Source of the DNA: Polyangiaceae bacterium
Lineage (GTDB): Bacteria; Myxococcota_A; Polyangia; Polyangiales; Polyangiaceae
Assembly: GCA_029266615.1 (NCBI GenBank)
Contig: JAQSWN010000010.1
Location: 1,472 to 65,471, forward strand
Length of the DNA stretch: 64,000 bases
Direction: 5' to 3'
Part shown: positions 17,649-27,349 of the stretch, in pieces
How positions within the stretch are numbered: the stretch's first letter is position 1
How the letters are laid out: the number at the start of each line of letters is the position of its first letter
Translations under genes and position numbers: made by a program
Notes under the pieces: generated by a model
Databases searched by the model: none
What the model saw: only the letters and a program-made list of their open reading frames with translations
What the model was told of the DNA's origin: nothing

Positions 17649-18206
17649 ATGATGAAAACTGCCCACAGTGTGACGGTGAAGGTAATATGCCTGGCCTGCT
17701 GCATGGTCGTAGGCTGTTCGAAAGACACGCCCGTTCGGACCCCCGACGAGAGCGCGGCGATGACGCCTGCTTCCGCAGAAGCGGCCCCGCCGCCCCCGAA
17801 GCCGGAGCCGTACAACTACATCATCGTGGAAGAAGCGGTCCGCACCACGTGTCGTTTGCCCAACGACGAGGAGAAAGCGCCAAAATTCGACTACGATCAA
17901 GCCGACTTGCGGCCCCGGGGGAAGAACATCCTGGACGCGGTCGCGACCTGCTTGACGGAAGGCCCGATGAAGGGAGAGTCCATCACCATCATCGGCCATG
18001 CCGATCCGCGAGGTAGCGAGGACTACAATCTCGAGCTCGGCAAGAAGCGAGCGGAGGCCGCTCGCGACTACCTCGCGTCCAAGGGCCTCGGCTCCGATCG
18101 CATTCGCGTGGAGTCGCGCGGGGAGAGCGTTGCCACCGGAACCGAAGAGAGCAGTTGGGCGACGGACCGCCGCGTCGAGGTGCGGCGCGGCAGCGTGTCA
18201 CCTTGA
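17649..18206 (+). CDS. OmpA/Pal-family peptidoglycan-binding lipoprotein
   Basis: Lipobox VVGC. Motifs FDYDQADL, IIGHADPRGSEDYNLELGKKRA and DRRVE. Confidence 0.92.
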   Translation: MMKTAHSVTVKVICLACCMVVGCSKDTPVRTPDESAAMTPASAEAAPPPPKPEPYNYIIVEEAVRTTCRLPNDEEKAPKFDYDQADLRPRGKNILDAVATCLTEGPMKGESITIIGHADPRGSEDYNLELGKKRAEAARDYLASKGLGSDRIRVESRGESVATGTEESSWATDRRVEVRRGSVSP

Positions 18207-18703
18207 CCGCGCGGGGCGCCGGGCGAACGGAATTGCTCGAGCGGCGCCGAGCGTTCTTGCTCGAGGTCACGCGGGCTTCCGAGCTTCACGATTGCATCGA
18301 ACGGATCGTGCCCCCTCGGGCACGGAGAAAGGGTCGACTCACATGGCACGCACAGAGGACGTCGTACACGCTGACGGTCGCCGGTCTTACGCCAGTGCCA
18401 CGAGCGCGGGGCCGAGCAGGGGGAGAAGCCAGCGCCACTGCCGCTGCACGACGCCGGCAGGACTGGGGGGCTCCTTTACGCCGTCCGCAGAGGGCTCGGA
18501 GGAAACATGGGTTTAGCCGAGAGGAGGAGTCGACATGCTGTTTATTAGCACTCGTGGACACCGCGAGGCCGTAGCATCGTGGTCGACGATTTTCGGCATG
18601 TCGATTGAGCGCGCGGCGCGGGCGCTGCATCACCTCTCCAGGCTTTTTGATCAGCGCGCCGAGGTCGATGGTCAACTCGGGCGCGAGCTGCAAGCGCAGG
18701 TAA

Positions 18704-19648
18704 TTACTCCTGCCGGGGACAAGGCCCGACAGCGGCGGACGCCGGAGTCGAATCGAGGACCTCCGTACCGTACCGCCGATCGTAGGCTTGCGTGAGCTCG
18801 GCCCCGAACAGGAAGATCTGCGAAGAGAAGTACAACCACAAGAGCACCACGACGGCCGAGCCGGCCGCGCCGTACGTTTGAGCTACCGAGGCTCGACCGA
18901 GGTACAGTCCCACCAGCGCATTGCCGACGTTGAACAGGACGGAAGTGACCGCGCCTCCGAGCATGGCGCTCCGCACTCCCACTGGCGTATCCGGGACGAC
19001 CTTGAAGACGATCCCCGACATGGCTCCCACGAGCACCAACGAGAAGGCGAGCTGGCTCAGTTGCACGAGCGGTCCAGCGAGGGCCGTGTCCGCGAAGAGC
19101 GCGTCGTAAAATCCACTCAAGAGCGCCCGCGATAAAAACACCAAGAGGAGGACGGGGCCCGACGCCAAGACGAGGAGAAAGGCGAAAAGTCGGCGCTTCA
19201 CGTAGTACCGTACCGTCGCCTTCAAGCCGCGCGAAGGAGGCGCGTCCACGTTCCAGACTTGGTTCAGTCCAGCGCGGAGCTGCTCACCGAGACGAGACGC
19301 CGTGTAGAGCAGGAGCACGAAGCCTAGGATGGACGCGACTCCCCCCGAGTCGGAGGCTTGTTGAACCCACTCATCCACTACTCCGGCCGCGTTGACTCCC
19401 ATGTTCTCCGTCACCAAGCGCAAGGCTTCGTCTCGAGCCCGGCCCTCGCCCAAGAGCGTCCCCGCGATCGCGACCGCGATGATGATGAGGGGCGCCATCG
19501 ACAACAGGGTGTAAAAGGCCAAGCCAGCCGCCACCATCTCCGCGCGGTCCCTCGAGTATCCGTCCACGGCTTCATCGACCAGGTAGTACACCGTTTTGGC
19601 CGCTCGCTTGATGGCGGCACCATGGCGGCCCCACAGCAACGACTTCAT
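18704..19648 (-). CDS. yihY: YihY/virulence factor BrkB family inner membrane protein (alternative TTG start at 19828)
   Basis: AAGLAFYTLLSMAP and YGAAGSAVVVLLWLYFSSQIFLFGAE motifs. Confidence 0.92.
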   Translation of the reverse strand: MKSLLWGRHGAAIKRAAKTVYYLVDEAVDGYSRDRAEMVAAGLAFYTLLSMAPLIIIAVAIAGTLLGEGRARDEALRLVTENMGVNAAGVVDEWVQQASDSGGVASILGFVLLLYTASRLGEQLRAGLNQVWNVDAPPSRGLKATVRYYVKRRLFAFLLVLASGPVLLLVFLSRALLSGFYDALFADTALAGPLVQLSQLAFSLVLVGAMSGIVFKVVPDTPVGVRSAMLGGAVTSVLFNVGNALVGLYLGRASVAQTYGAAGSAVVVLLWLYFSSQIFLFGAELTQAYDRRYGTEVLDSTPASAAVGPCPRQE

Positions 19649-19918
19649 GGTTGGGCCGCGCCCTCCAGGAACGCCGCGAGCTCGAGCCGCTCTCGTCTCC
19701 GTAGACGCGTCATCGCCGCTATCTAGCAGGATGTGTTCCCGAATTTTTCTTGGACGAAGCGTTTCACTTCGACTCGCAGGGACGGGCGCGGGCGCGGGCG
19801 GCTTCTCCGAGCTCACGCCAGATGGCAACAGTCCTGCATTTCCGCCCGCGGCGGCGTCGTTGATGCCCCGAACTCCGGCGAAAGGAACCTGCGCGAGGCA
19901 CTCCAGAAACGTACCGAA

Positions 19919-19936
19919 CAGTTGCAGCTCAAACTA
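19919..19936. promoter_or_regulatory. Candidate MarR-type operator, copy 2
   Basis: CAGTTGCAGCTCAAACTA matches the same palindrome at 15/18. It lies between the divergent yihY and mscS genes. Confidence 0.45.
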
Positions 19937-20106
19937 AATGAGTCTCTTGACGATGCCGGTTCCGAACCGTATGCGTGCCGGGTCGTGCCCCCCGGCGGTG
20001 AGCTCTTTCCAAGGCCGGGCTCCCACCCGTCGACGACTTCGGCCTCGGATCTACGTCACGCCAGAGCTCAAGCTGCGGCGATGTTTGCCGTCCGAAAGGC
20101 TGCTCG

Positions 20107-21024
20107 ATGTCTTTGGAAGTTTTGCTGCGGTCGATTGGCGGAGCGGACGTCTGGCTCCGCCGCGCGCTAGCGCTGGCGCTGGTGGCGGTCCTCGTCGTCA
20201 TCTTGTCTGCCATCAAATCTCGTTTGGCCCGCCGATTAACGCGCTTCGCCGCCGCCTCGCCGGGACGGGTCGACGACGTGCTCGCCGAGATGGCGAACCG
20301 CACCTCTGGTGTCTTCACTCTCGCGGTGGCGATGCTTCTCGCCCTGCTCTTCGTGCCTTTGGCGCCGCCCGTGGAGCGGTTGGCGCGCGTCGTGGCTCTC
20401 CTCATGTGCCTCTTGCAGGCGGGGATCTGGGGTTCGATCGCGCTTCGTGGGCTGGTAGAACGGCGCTTCGTCGCCGTGAGCGGGGGTCAGACGGACGCAG
20501 GGCGAGCCGGCGTCGCTCGCATGGCAGCGTTCGGGGGGCGTGTTCTGATTTGGTCGATCTTGGTGCTCGTCGCCCTCGCCAATCTGGGGGTGGACGTGAG
20601 CGCCCTCATCGCTGGTTTGGGTGTCGGTGGCGTGGCGGTGGCGCTCGCCACGCAGAACATACTCGGGGATCTGTTCGCGTCATTCTCCATCCTGCTGGAC
20701 AAGCCGTTCGTCGTGGGGGACTTCGTTGTCGTCGGAGACTTCATGGGCAGCATCGAAGAAATCGGCGTGAAAACGACGCGCGTGCGCTCCCTGGGCGGCG
20801 AGCAAATCGTCTTTTCGAACAACGACCTGCTGCAGAGCCGCCTCCGCAACTACAAGCGAATGAACGAGCGACGGATCGTCTTCAAGCTCGGCGTGGTCTA
20901 CCAGACCAACCCCAGCCAGCTGCGCGCGATCCCCGAGCTCATCAAGAAGATCGTCAACGCTCGAGAAAAGACCCGCTTCGACCGCGCCCACTTCCTCGCC
21001 TTCGGCGACTCGGCGCTCGAGTGA
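20107..21024 (+). pseudogene. mscS: MscS mechanosensitive channel, probably 3'-truncated
   Basis: LIAGLGVGGVAVALATQNILGDLFAS and DKPFVVGDF motifs. The ORF stops at FGDSALE, before the usual final strand and helix of the MscS C-terminal domain. Confidence 0.8.
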
Positions 21025-21205
21025 GCGCGAACAACCTCTGGGACTCGGTGGGTGCAACTCTGAGCTCGAAGCGCGGGCCCAGGCTCGAAGCCCGGCGACT
21101 CTCCGTGTCAACGTACGAGCGTTATCCATGCCAGGCGACGAGACGTCCCACGCAGATGCTTGGAGTCGAAGCGCAGCGCCCCACCGGCCCAGCTGCCGTT
21201 TCGCC

Positions 21206-21715
21206 TCACCGCTCGGAGGTTCGCTCGGCCGCGGCCGCGAGCGCGAGCGCGACCGAGCCGAGGACGGCTTTCGTGACGCTCACCCGCTCCTTCGACACCT
21301 TGGTCAGCGCTCCCGCGACGACCGACTCGATCGTGCCGTCTCGCTGATCGTTCAAGCGCTGACCCCGCTTGGTCAGCGCGAGGAGGGCCCGCCTCCGATC
21401 GAACGGGTCGCTCTCGCGTCGCAGCAGCTCTGCTTCCTCGAGGCGCTTCAGGATCCCGGTGAGCGAGCTCGGGTGAACGTGCAAGACCTCCGCGAGCTGA
21501 CCCGCAGCGATGCGCCCGTGATGCCCTACGATGCGTAGGACGAGACGCTGGGGGCCCGTGACCCCCAACTCCGCGTGCATCCGCTTGGATGATGACTCGA
21601 GCCCATGCGCGAGCGCCCATAGCACCTGCATGAACGCCAGCGCGTCGCCGAGCGATTCGCTGGCCGGAGGGACGGGGGTGAGCGCCTTGGTTCGGGGCTG
21701 ACGCACGTGGCTCAC
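21206..21715 (-). CDS. MarR family transcriptional regulator
   Basis: GVTGPQRLVL...LAEVLHVHPSSLTGILKRLEEAELLRRESDPFDRR...LTKRG. Confidence 0.92.
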   Translation of the reverse strand: MSHVRQPRTKALTPVPPASESLGDALAFMQVLWALAHGLESSSKRMHAELGVTGPQRLVLRIVGHHGRIAAGQLAEVLHVHPSSLTGILKRLEEAELLRRESDPFDRRRALLALTKRGQRLNDQRDGTIESVVAGALTKVSKERVSVTKAVLGSVALALAAAAERTSER

Positions 21716-21852
21716 ATAGAGCCAGAACTCCCACGCACGCGCAAGCCCATCCGCCCGGACCCTGGCGCGTCCGGCTCGAGGAGATTCATCCGCCGCGGGT
21801 CATCGCGACGGGCCTGGACCACGACGGTTTTTGTCTACCACCACCAGCGCGA

Positions 21853-22329
21853 TCACGGAACGCCGCGATGCGTAGCTCGTGCGTGCGGCGCGAGAGGAAC
21901 CGCGATCGATGCGACGGCCAATTTGCACCCAGCAGACAGAATGCGATCGCAACCGTCGGCGAGGCTTCGGATGGCCGCGCTCCGAACGCGCGCGAGCGAA
22001 TTGGCGCTCATGATCTGAATGATGGCGAGCCGCTGCTCCGAGTAAGTGGCCCGCGAGCTCTTCGACGACCTGCGGCAAGAGCTTGCCTTTGGGGAGCGTA
22101 CCGGAGCCGACGTTGCTCGCCGCTTTTCTCGACCTCCAGCAGTGGACTCGAGGCGCTCCAGGGCGGGCGTGAGGTCGGTTGGCTCCACTTCCAGTGCGTC
22201 CGCCAATTCGCCGGCCGTCCAGCTGCGGTCTTGCTGTCGGACCAGTAGCAGCAGGGCCTCCAGCTCTTCGTAGCTGGAGATGGAATCTTGCAGAAAGGCC
22301 TGCGAGAAAGCTGACAAGCCGCTGGCCAA
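21853..22329 (-). pseudogene. Myxobacterial-type hypothetical protein with internal compensating frameshifts
   Basis: FLQDSISSYEELEALLLL...WTAGELA and TYSEQRLAIIQIMSANSLARVRSAAIRSLAD share one frame. Protein-like LLEVEKSGEQRRLRYAP and QVVEELA lie in the other two frames between them. Confidence 0.55.
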
Positions 22330-22605
22330 GATTTCTACCTAGCGTCCATGTGCTTGAGGGAAAACGGTTTGCGCAGGAGGCCGTCGCTCCGCGAGTGTCC
22401 AGCTCGCCCCCGCCGAGGGCGGCGCAGCCGAGTTGGCCCGTTCGTGCAAACCAAACCGGCGTCGCCGCGGGGGCTCACCACTCAGGGCGTCTTCGCCGGA
22501 GCAACGACGGTGGCGTCTTCCCCCGAGGCCGGGGCTGCTTCTGGGCCCGGGCAAGTGCCGCGAGTCAGGCGAAGCTCGAAGGTCTCGCCCGGTACCGTGG
22601 TCACC

Positions 22606-23352
22606 CTAGGCTGCATCAGGAGGAGCTTGTCCAGACCACTCGTCGAGGGTCTCGCGGTCCCGCCCGCTGATGATGAACACGTGGTTCCGCTCGTTGTGCG
22701 TGAGGCGCTCGAGCAAGAGCAAGGCGTCGGGGGCGGCCAGGTGAGGCTGCGAATGGAACGGGACCAGCGTGCCGTCGTAGTCCAAGAGGATCAGTCGGCG
22801 TCGCGCTCCGTGATATGCCGTCGAAAACGAGTCGCGGAGCGCGCCCGCCAGATGATGCGTCGCCAGCTTTCCCTGTCGTCCCTTGACGCGCGAAAGGGAG
22901 CCCAAAAAATTGCTGACCCAGCGCTTGTCGTCGTAGCTGCGCAGGCGGTCCTGCATGGGTCGGTTGCGGCGCAGCTGCTCCTCCGGCGACATCTGCACCG
23001 CCTCGTGCAGCGCCTCGGCGATCTCCTTACGGTGATTTGGGTTGATGAGGACGGCCTCCCCCAACTCGCGCGCTGCGCCCGCCATCTCGCTTAAGATCAG
23101 CACCGCCATGCCGTCCGGCTTACTCGCCAGGTACTCTTTGGCGACCATGTTCATACCGTCGCCCAGGGGCGTGATCAGGGCGATCGGAGCGATACTGTAA
23201 AGGGCTAGCAGCTCCGTGAAAGCCAGCGGTCGGTAGCGGTACAGGATGGGCACCCAGTCCATCGAGCCGTATGCTCCGTTGATTTGTCCGACGAGCTCGT
23301 CGAGCTCGTGTTTCATCCGCTGATACCGTGGCACCTCCGCGCGCGCGGGGAA
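22606..23352 (-). pseudogene. otsA: Internal fragment of a bifunctional trehalose-6-phosphate synthase/phosphatase (OtsA-OtsB fusion)
   Basis: GT20 motifs LVGQINGAYG, TPLGDGMNMVAKEY and LILSEMAGAARELGEAVLINP, then HAD motif LDYDGTL and ISGR. Both ends are missing. Confidence 0.88.
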
Positions 23353-23522
23353 AGAGCAGAATCGTACGGTGCTTTGTGTCCAAACAGTCTTTTCTGTCGC
23401 GCTGACCAACGGCGTCCCATGCGGCGCGTAGGCGGCGAAATTTTGTGCAGAATCCCGGGCAGGTCGTCGGTTTGACGTGCAACGACAACCCGCCATGGTC
23501 CACTTCGGAACGGAAGGAGGGC

Positions 23523-23538
23523 TGGCCAGCAAATTGCT
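23523..23538 (+). promoter_or_regulatory. sigma54-type promoter
   Basis: TGGCCAGCAAATTGCT, followed by a GGAGGA RBS and ATG 23566. Confidence 0.65.
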
Positions 23539-23565
23539 ACCAAGCCACTCGGAGGACGAAGCACC

Positions 23566-24042
23566 ATGGAAATCGACAAGCTAAAGCACTCGCTGAATCG
23601 ATTGGGAATCCAGCCCTCCGACTATCGAATCCTGAAAATACTGCCCCTCGTCTACGTTGCCTGGGCCGACGGCAAAATGGAGCGCGTGCAGAAGGAGCGC
23701 ATCCACGCCTTCGCGGTGGAACGTTACGAGCTGAGCGCGGCCGGCTCCGCGCTACTCCAGAAGTGGCTCGAAGAACGGCCGACGCACGAGTACATCGCGG
23801 AGGGACTCCGGGACGTGCTGTTCCTGGCCCAAGCTCAGGACGACATGGGCGTCGACTTTTCGGAGTTGCCAGGGCTGCTCGCGTTCGCCGAGCAAATCGC
23901 TCGCAGCACGGGGCGGGTACTCGACGCTCCGGAAGGCGTTTCGGCCGAGGAGGAGCTGGCGCTAGAAGAAGTTGCCCGCGAGCTCCACATCGACCATGGG
24001 CAGAGCTGGGCTCGACTGCTCGAGAGCTTGCGACCAAGCTGA
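23566..24042 (+). CDS. TerB-like (tellurite resistance fold) protein
   Basis: PLVYVAWADGKMERVQKERI and VSAEEELALEEVAREL match the TerB-like N- and C-terminal motifs. Confidence 0.75.
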   Translation: MEIDKLKHSLNRLGIQPSDYRILKILPLVYVAWADGKMERVQKERIHAFAVERYELSAAGSALLQKWLEERPTHEYIAEGLRDVLFLAQAQDDMGVDFSELPGLLAFAEQIARSTGRVLDAPEGVSAEEELALEEVARELHIDHGQSWARLLESLRPS

Positions 24043-24475
24043 GGCGCCGTCCTCGGGCAGGGGCGTCGGACCACCGCCCCCGCTACCTAAGGCGCGAAAG
24101 ACAGCACCAAGAAGGCGCACAGCAAGGATACTTGCATCATGCCCTGCAGCGCGGTGCTGGTACCGCGCTCCCGCGTCAAGCCGGTGGTGACGAAGGTGAG
24201 GGCCAAAGGGCGATGCTCTTCGCTCCAAGCCGAGGACGAGAGCAGCATTCGTGAAGATGACGAAGCCGCTCACGACCCGGATGGTGAGCGCGATGCGCCT
24301 CGTCGTACAACGCCGCGGCGCTTGTGCACGAACCGCCGTGCATGGCGCAAAAGCGCTCAGCGCGGAAGACGACTACGGCAGCTCTCCCGTGGTGCATAGA
24401 CGAAGGCCGCCAATCGACTCGGTATTCGCCGTGAGGTAGGAGGTCCTGCGGGCGCAAGACGTGTACGCTTTGCAA

Positions 24476-25525
24476 ATGCCGGATCGCGAAGAAGCCGCGC
24501 GCGGGGTTGCCAAGCCGGTGACGGTGCTTGCGACCGTTGCCGCGATTGCGTTGGGGCTTTGGTTGCTCGGCAGCATTCTGGACGTTCTTCTGCTGTGCTT
24601 CTCGGGCGTCCTCCTCGGCCTATTTTTCCACGGTGCTGGCAGGTGGATAGCGCGAAGAACGGGCCTGCCCCGGCCAGTAGCCGTTGGCGCTTTCTGCGTG
24701 GTGCTCGTCGGAGCCGCCGGAGTGACGGCGTGGCTTGCGGCTCCGTCCATATCGAGTCAGCTCGACGAGCTGATGACGACGCTGCCCCGCGCGCTCGACA
24801 AAGCGGCGGAGCCTCTCCAACGCTTTTCTTGGGCTCGTGCCGTACTGGAGCGAGCTCGCCACGCCGATGGCGCCCTCGCGCGCCGCGAGACTTGGTCCCA
24901 GGCTGGCGGCGCCATCTCTGCGGCCTTGGGTGGCTTCGGCAGTCTCGTCGTCATCTTGTTCGTCGGGTTGTTCACCGCGTTCGACCCTGACTTGTACCGT
25001 CGCGGCTTCTTGCGCTTAATGCCGACCGGGAGACGCGCGCGCGCCGGCGAAATCCTCTCTCTCATGGCGCACACACTACAGATGTGGATGGTCGGTAAGA
25101 TGGCGTCCATGGCTCTCGTCGGCATTGCCACTTGGGTTGGGCTTGCGCTGCTGGGCATCCCCCTCGCGGTCGTCCTCTCGCTGCTGGCGGCCGTCCTCAC
25201 TTTCATCCCCAATTTGGGGCCCATTCTCTCCGTGATTCCGGCCATCCTCCTGGCGCTGCTACAGGGGTCGACGACCGCGCTCTGGGTGGCTGGGCTATAC
25301 GTGGGTATTCAAACGGTGGAGAGCTACGTCCTGACTCCGCTCTTGCAAAAGAAATTGGTGTCTCTCCCACCTGCAGTCACCCTCATCGCGCAGGTCATCA
25401 TGGGAACCCTCGCAGGGGGCCTCGGGGTCATCGTCGCCACTCCGCTGACGGCCGCGGGGCTGGTGCTCATCAAGGAGGCCTACGTGAGGGATGTGCTGGG
25501 TGACGACGGACGGCCGGATCGGTGA
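24476..25525 (+). CDS. AI-2E family transporter
   Basis: LTFIPNLGP, QTVESYVLTP and VIVATPL motifs, with multiple TM segments. Confidence 0.92.
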   Translation: MPDREEAARGVAKPVTVLATVAAIALGLWLLGSILDVLLLCFSGVLLGLFFHGAGRWIARRTGLPRPVAVGAFCVVLVGAAGVTAWLAAPSISSQLDELMTTLPRALDKAAEPLQRFSWARAVLERARHADGALARRETWSQAGGAISAALGGFGSLVVILFVGLFTAFDPDLYRRGFLRLMPTGRRARAGEILSLMAHTLQMWMVGKMASMALVGIATWVGLALLGIPLAVVLSLLAAVLTFIPNLGPILSVIPAILLALLQGSTTALWVAGLYVGIQTVESYVLTPLLQKKLVSLPPAVTLIAQVIMGTLAGGLGVIVATPLTAAGLVLIKEAYVRDVLGDDGRPDR

Positions 25526-25580
25526 CGTCGGGCGACGAGTACCCTAGCCACCCGCCCACCCCGCCGCATCCCGAGCCCGC

Positions 25581-25905
25581 CGCGGGGCTTCGCCCCGCGA
25601 TGCGGCCTGGTGGGGCCGCCGCCGGCGTCGCTGGTGTTGCTGGTGAGCAGGGGGATCGCCGCCGGCTTCGCTGGCGAACTGGTGGTCTTGAAGGGGAACG
25701 TGATCGTGAGTCGCCTGCGGCGGCTGGGATCGTGATCGGGTTCCCTCCGGCCTTGTGACGGTGATTGTGATCGCGTGCACGATCATCCTTCACGACACGA
25801 TCATCTTCGCGATCACGATCACAATCCCGCTCACCGTGATGTCGCAGGCCGAGCCGATCCCGCTCACCCGGTGAATGCCCGCCGGCCGAGCCCGATCACC
25901 GTATC
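25581..25905. repeat. Large imperfect palindromic element built from CGTGAT-type hexamers and GNA-triloop mini-hairpins
   Basis: Hairpins at 25581-25599, 25660-25676 and 25710-25724. A G/T-rich left arm and C/A-rich right arm meet at CGTGCACG (25774-25781). It lies between convergent genes. Confidence 0.7.
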
Positions 25906-25975
25906 GCGAACCACTGGCGAGCTGATGCCGCTAGCGGGGCGCCGCCTGCGCGCGCAACGCATCGCCGCCGAGCGG

Positions 25976-26290
25976 TCACGAAGTGATGCGGCAGGTCACC
26001 CGCGGAATAAAAGTTCGTGCGGGTGAACCTCGAAACGTCACCACCTCGACCTGTGAGTTTCTCGCCACGTTCACGGTGACGGCCTCGGGGTTGACATCGG
26101 TCGCGACGACGCAGCGAGCGTTCTTGCGACAGGTGTTCACGAGCGCGACGATATGGTCGTACCCGACGGCACCGAGACGCGCCTCCGCCGCTACTTCGAC
26201 GCACGCGGGCGCCTCCGCGCCTGTGCGGCTCGCTGAAGCTGAAAGCGCTCCTGCTACTAGAACGCCGATCCAAATTCGCCACTTAGTCAT
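25976..26290 (-). CDS. Small secreted hypothetical protein with four Cys
   Basis: GGAGGAAG RBS, signal peptide MTKWRIWIGVLVAGALSASA, GYDHIV...CVVATDVNPE...GSPARTF. Confidence 0.75.
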   Translation of the reverse strand: MTKWRIWIGVLVAGALSASASRTGAEAPACVEVAAEARLGAVGYDHIVALVNTCRKNARCVVATDVNPEAVTVNVARNSQVEVVTFRGSPARTFIPRVTCRITS

Positions 26291-26321
26291 GCGACTTCCT
26301 CCGTGGTGAAGTAAGAGGCAC

Positions 26322-26337
26322 AGCAAAGCTCGTGCCA
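26322..26337 (-). promoter_or_regulatory. sigma54-type promoter
   Basis: Minus strand reads TGGCACGAGCTTTGCT, a near-perfect consensus. Confidence 0.75.
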
Positions 26338-26351
26338 GGCGCTCCCTCGCC

Positions 26352-26813
26352 TCAGCTCGGCGGTTTGAGAAACGGCCCCGACGCGGGAGACGAACCCGCC
26401 GGGCCACCAACGCCGCTCGACTCCCGCGACGGCTGGTGGCTCCGAGACGGTATATGCTCGAGGTTCGGAGCGCCGATGTCGCCGCCGTCCACTCCGATCT
26501 CTGCGTCGAGCTGGCTGTTGCGGTCCGCGCTTTCGCGCTCCTGGCCTTGCACGGCCCAGGCCGCCAGGGCCGCCGCAACGGCTCCGAGGAGGACGCCGAT
26601 CACGAGTCCTTCGACTCCAGCCGTCACCCAACCGAGTCCACCGCCCCCGATGGCGCCGATGGTGCCGAGTGCCACCTCGTAGCCACGACGGCGAGTACGA
26701 TAGCGCCGCGATCTGACCGTCTGCGGTGGAGACCGAAGGGCAGCTGTGAGCGGCTCGTGCCCTGGTGACTGAGTCTCGGGAGACGGAGGAGGTGGATGGT
26801 TGGGGGAGACCAC
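26352..26813 (-). CDS. Hypothetical glycine-zipper membrane protein
   Basis: Gly-zipper TM hairpin (GTIGAIGGGGLG...GVLLGAVAAALAA) followed by LDAEIGVDGGDIGAPNL. Confidence 0.6.
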   Translation of the reverse strand: MVSPNHPPPPSPETQSPGHEPLTAALRSPPQTVRSRRYRTRRRGYEVALGTIGAIGGGGLGWVTAGVEGLVIGVLLGAVAAALAAWAVQGQERESADRNSQLDAEIGVDGGDIGAPNLEHIPSRSHQPSRESSGVGGPAGSSPASGPFLKPPS

Positions 26814-26824
26814 GCCCGCACCTC

Positions 26825-26840
26825 TGCAGCATGCGTGCCC
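26825..26840 (-). promoter_or_regulatory. sigma54-type promoter
   Basis: Minus strand reads GGGCACGCATGCTGCA. The predicted start site falls at about the GTG at 26813. Confidence 0.55.
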
Positions 26841-27322
26841 TCACGTCGGCACTCTCCCGAGAGCGAGCTTTCTCGGCAGACCCTGAACCATTCGTCGGGC
26901 CCAGTCCGGCACCAGCAGCGCTACTTGCCGACCACCAGTTGCGCGTATCCCGACGAGGTACCGCACCTGCTGGATCGCGTCGTCGCGTCGCGGGGGCCAC
27001 TCTCGTCGTCGTCGAGGGCGCTGCGAACTTCGAATCGGCGCTCGCTCACTAGGTTAGGTCCGTCTCCGCGGCGGCATTGCTCCCGGAAAGGGTCGGTGCT
27101 CCCTCATCGGAGACCCCTTATGCTCGGCGCGGACGCCGCCGGTCTGGAGTCTTACTGACGTCTTCTCGCCATACGTGGGCGCAGAAAGCGGGATCATGGA
27201 TCCCGCTTTTGCTCAACGCTGAGCGGAGCGAGTAGGTGCCTAGTTGCGGAATTTCGTACCAAGCAAGCTCCGCAATCGACGCCACGATTGCGCGGACTTT
27301 GGGCGCTCGGAGCAACCCGCTT

Positions 27323-27338
27323 CGGCTCGAATGTTGCT
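27323..27338 (+). promoter_or_regulatory. sigma54-type promoter
   Basis: CGGCTCGAATGTTGCT. The predicted start site falls at about ATG 27350. Confidence 0.5.
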
Positions 27339-27349
27339 CCCAACCCGCT

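Noticed and set aside
18210-18795. ORF 18535-18795 with a strong GAGGAGGAG RBS and a sensor-like fragment near 18230-18310
   Set aside because: It overlaps the yihY 3' end and has no recognisable domain. It is probably debris and too weak to call.
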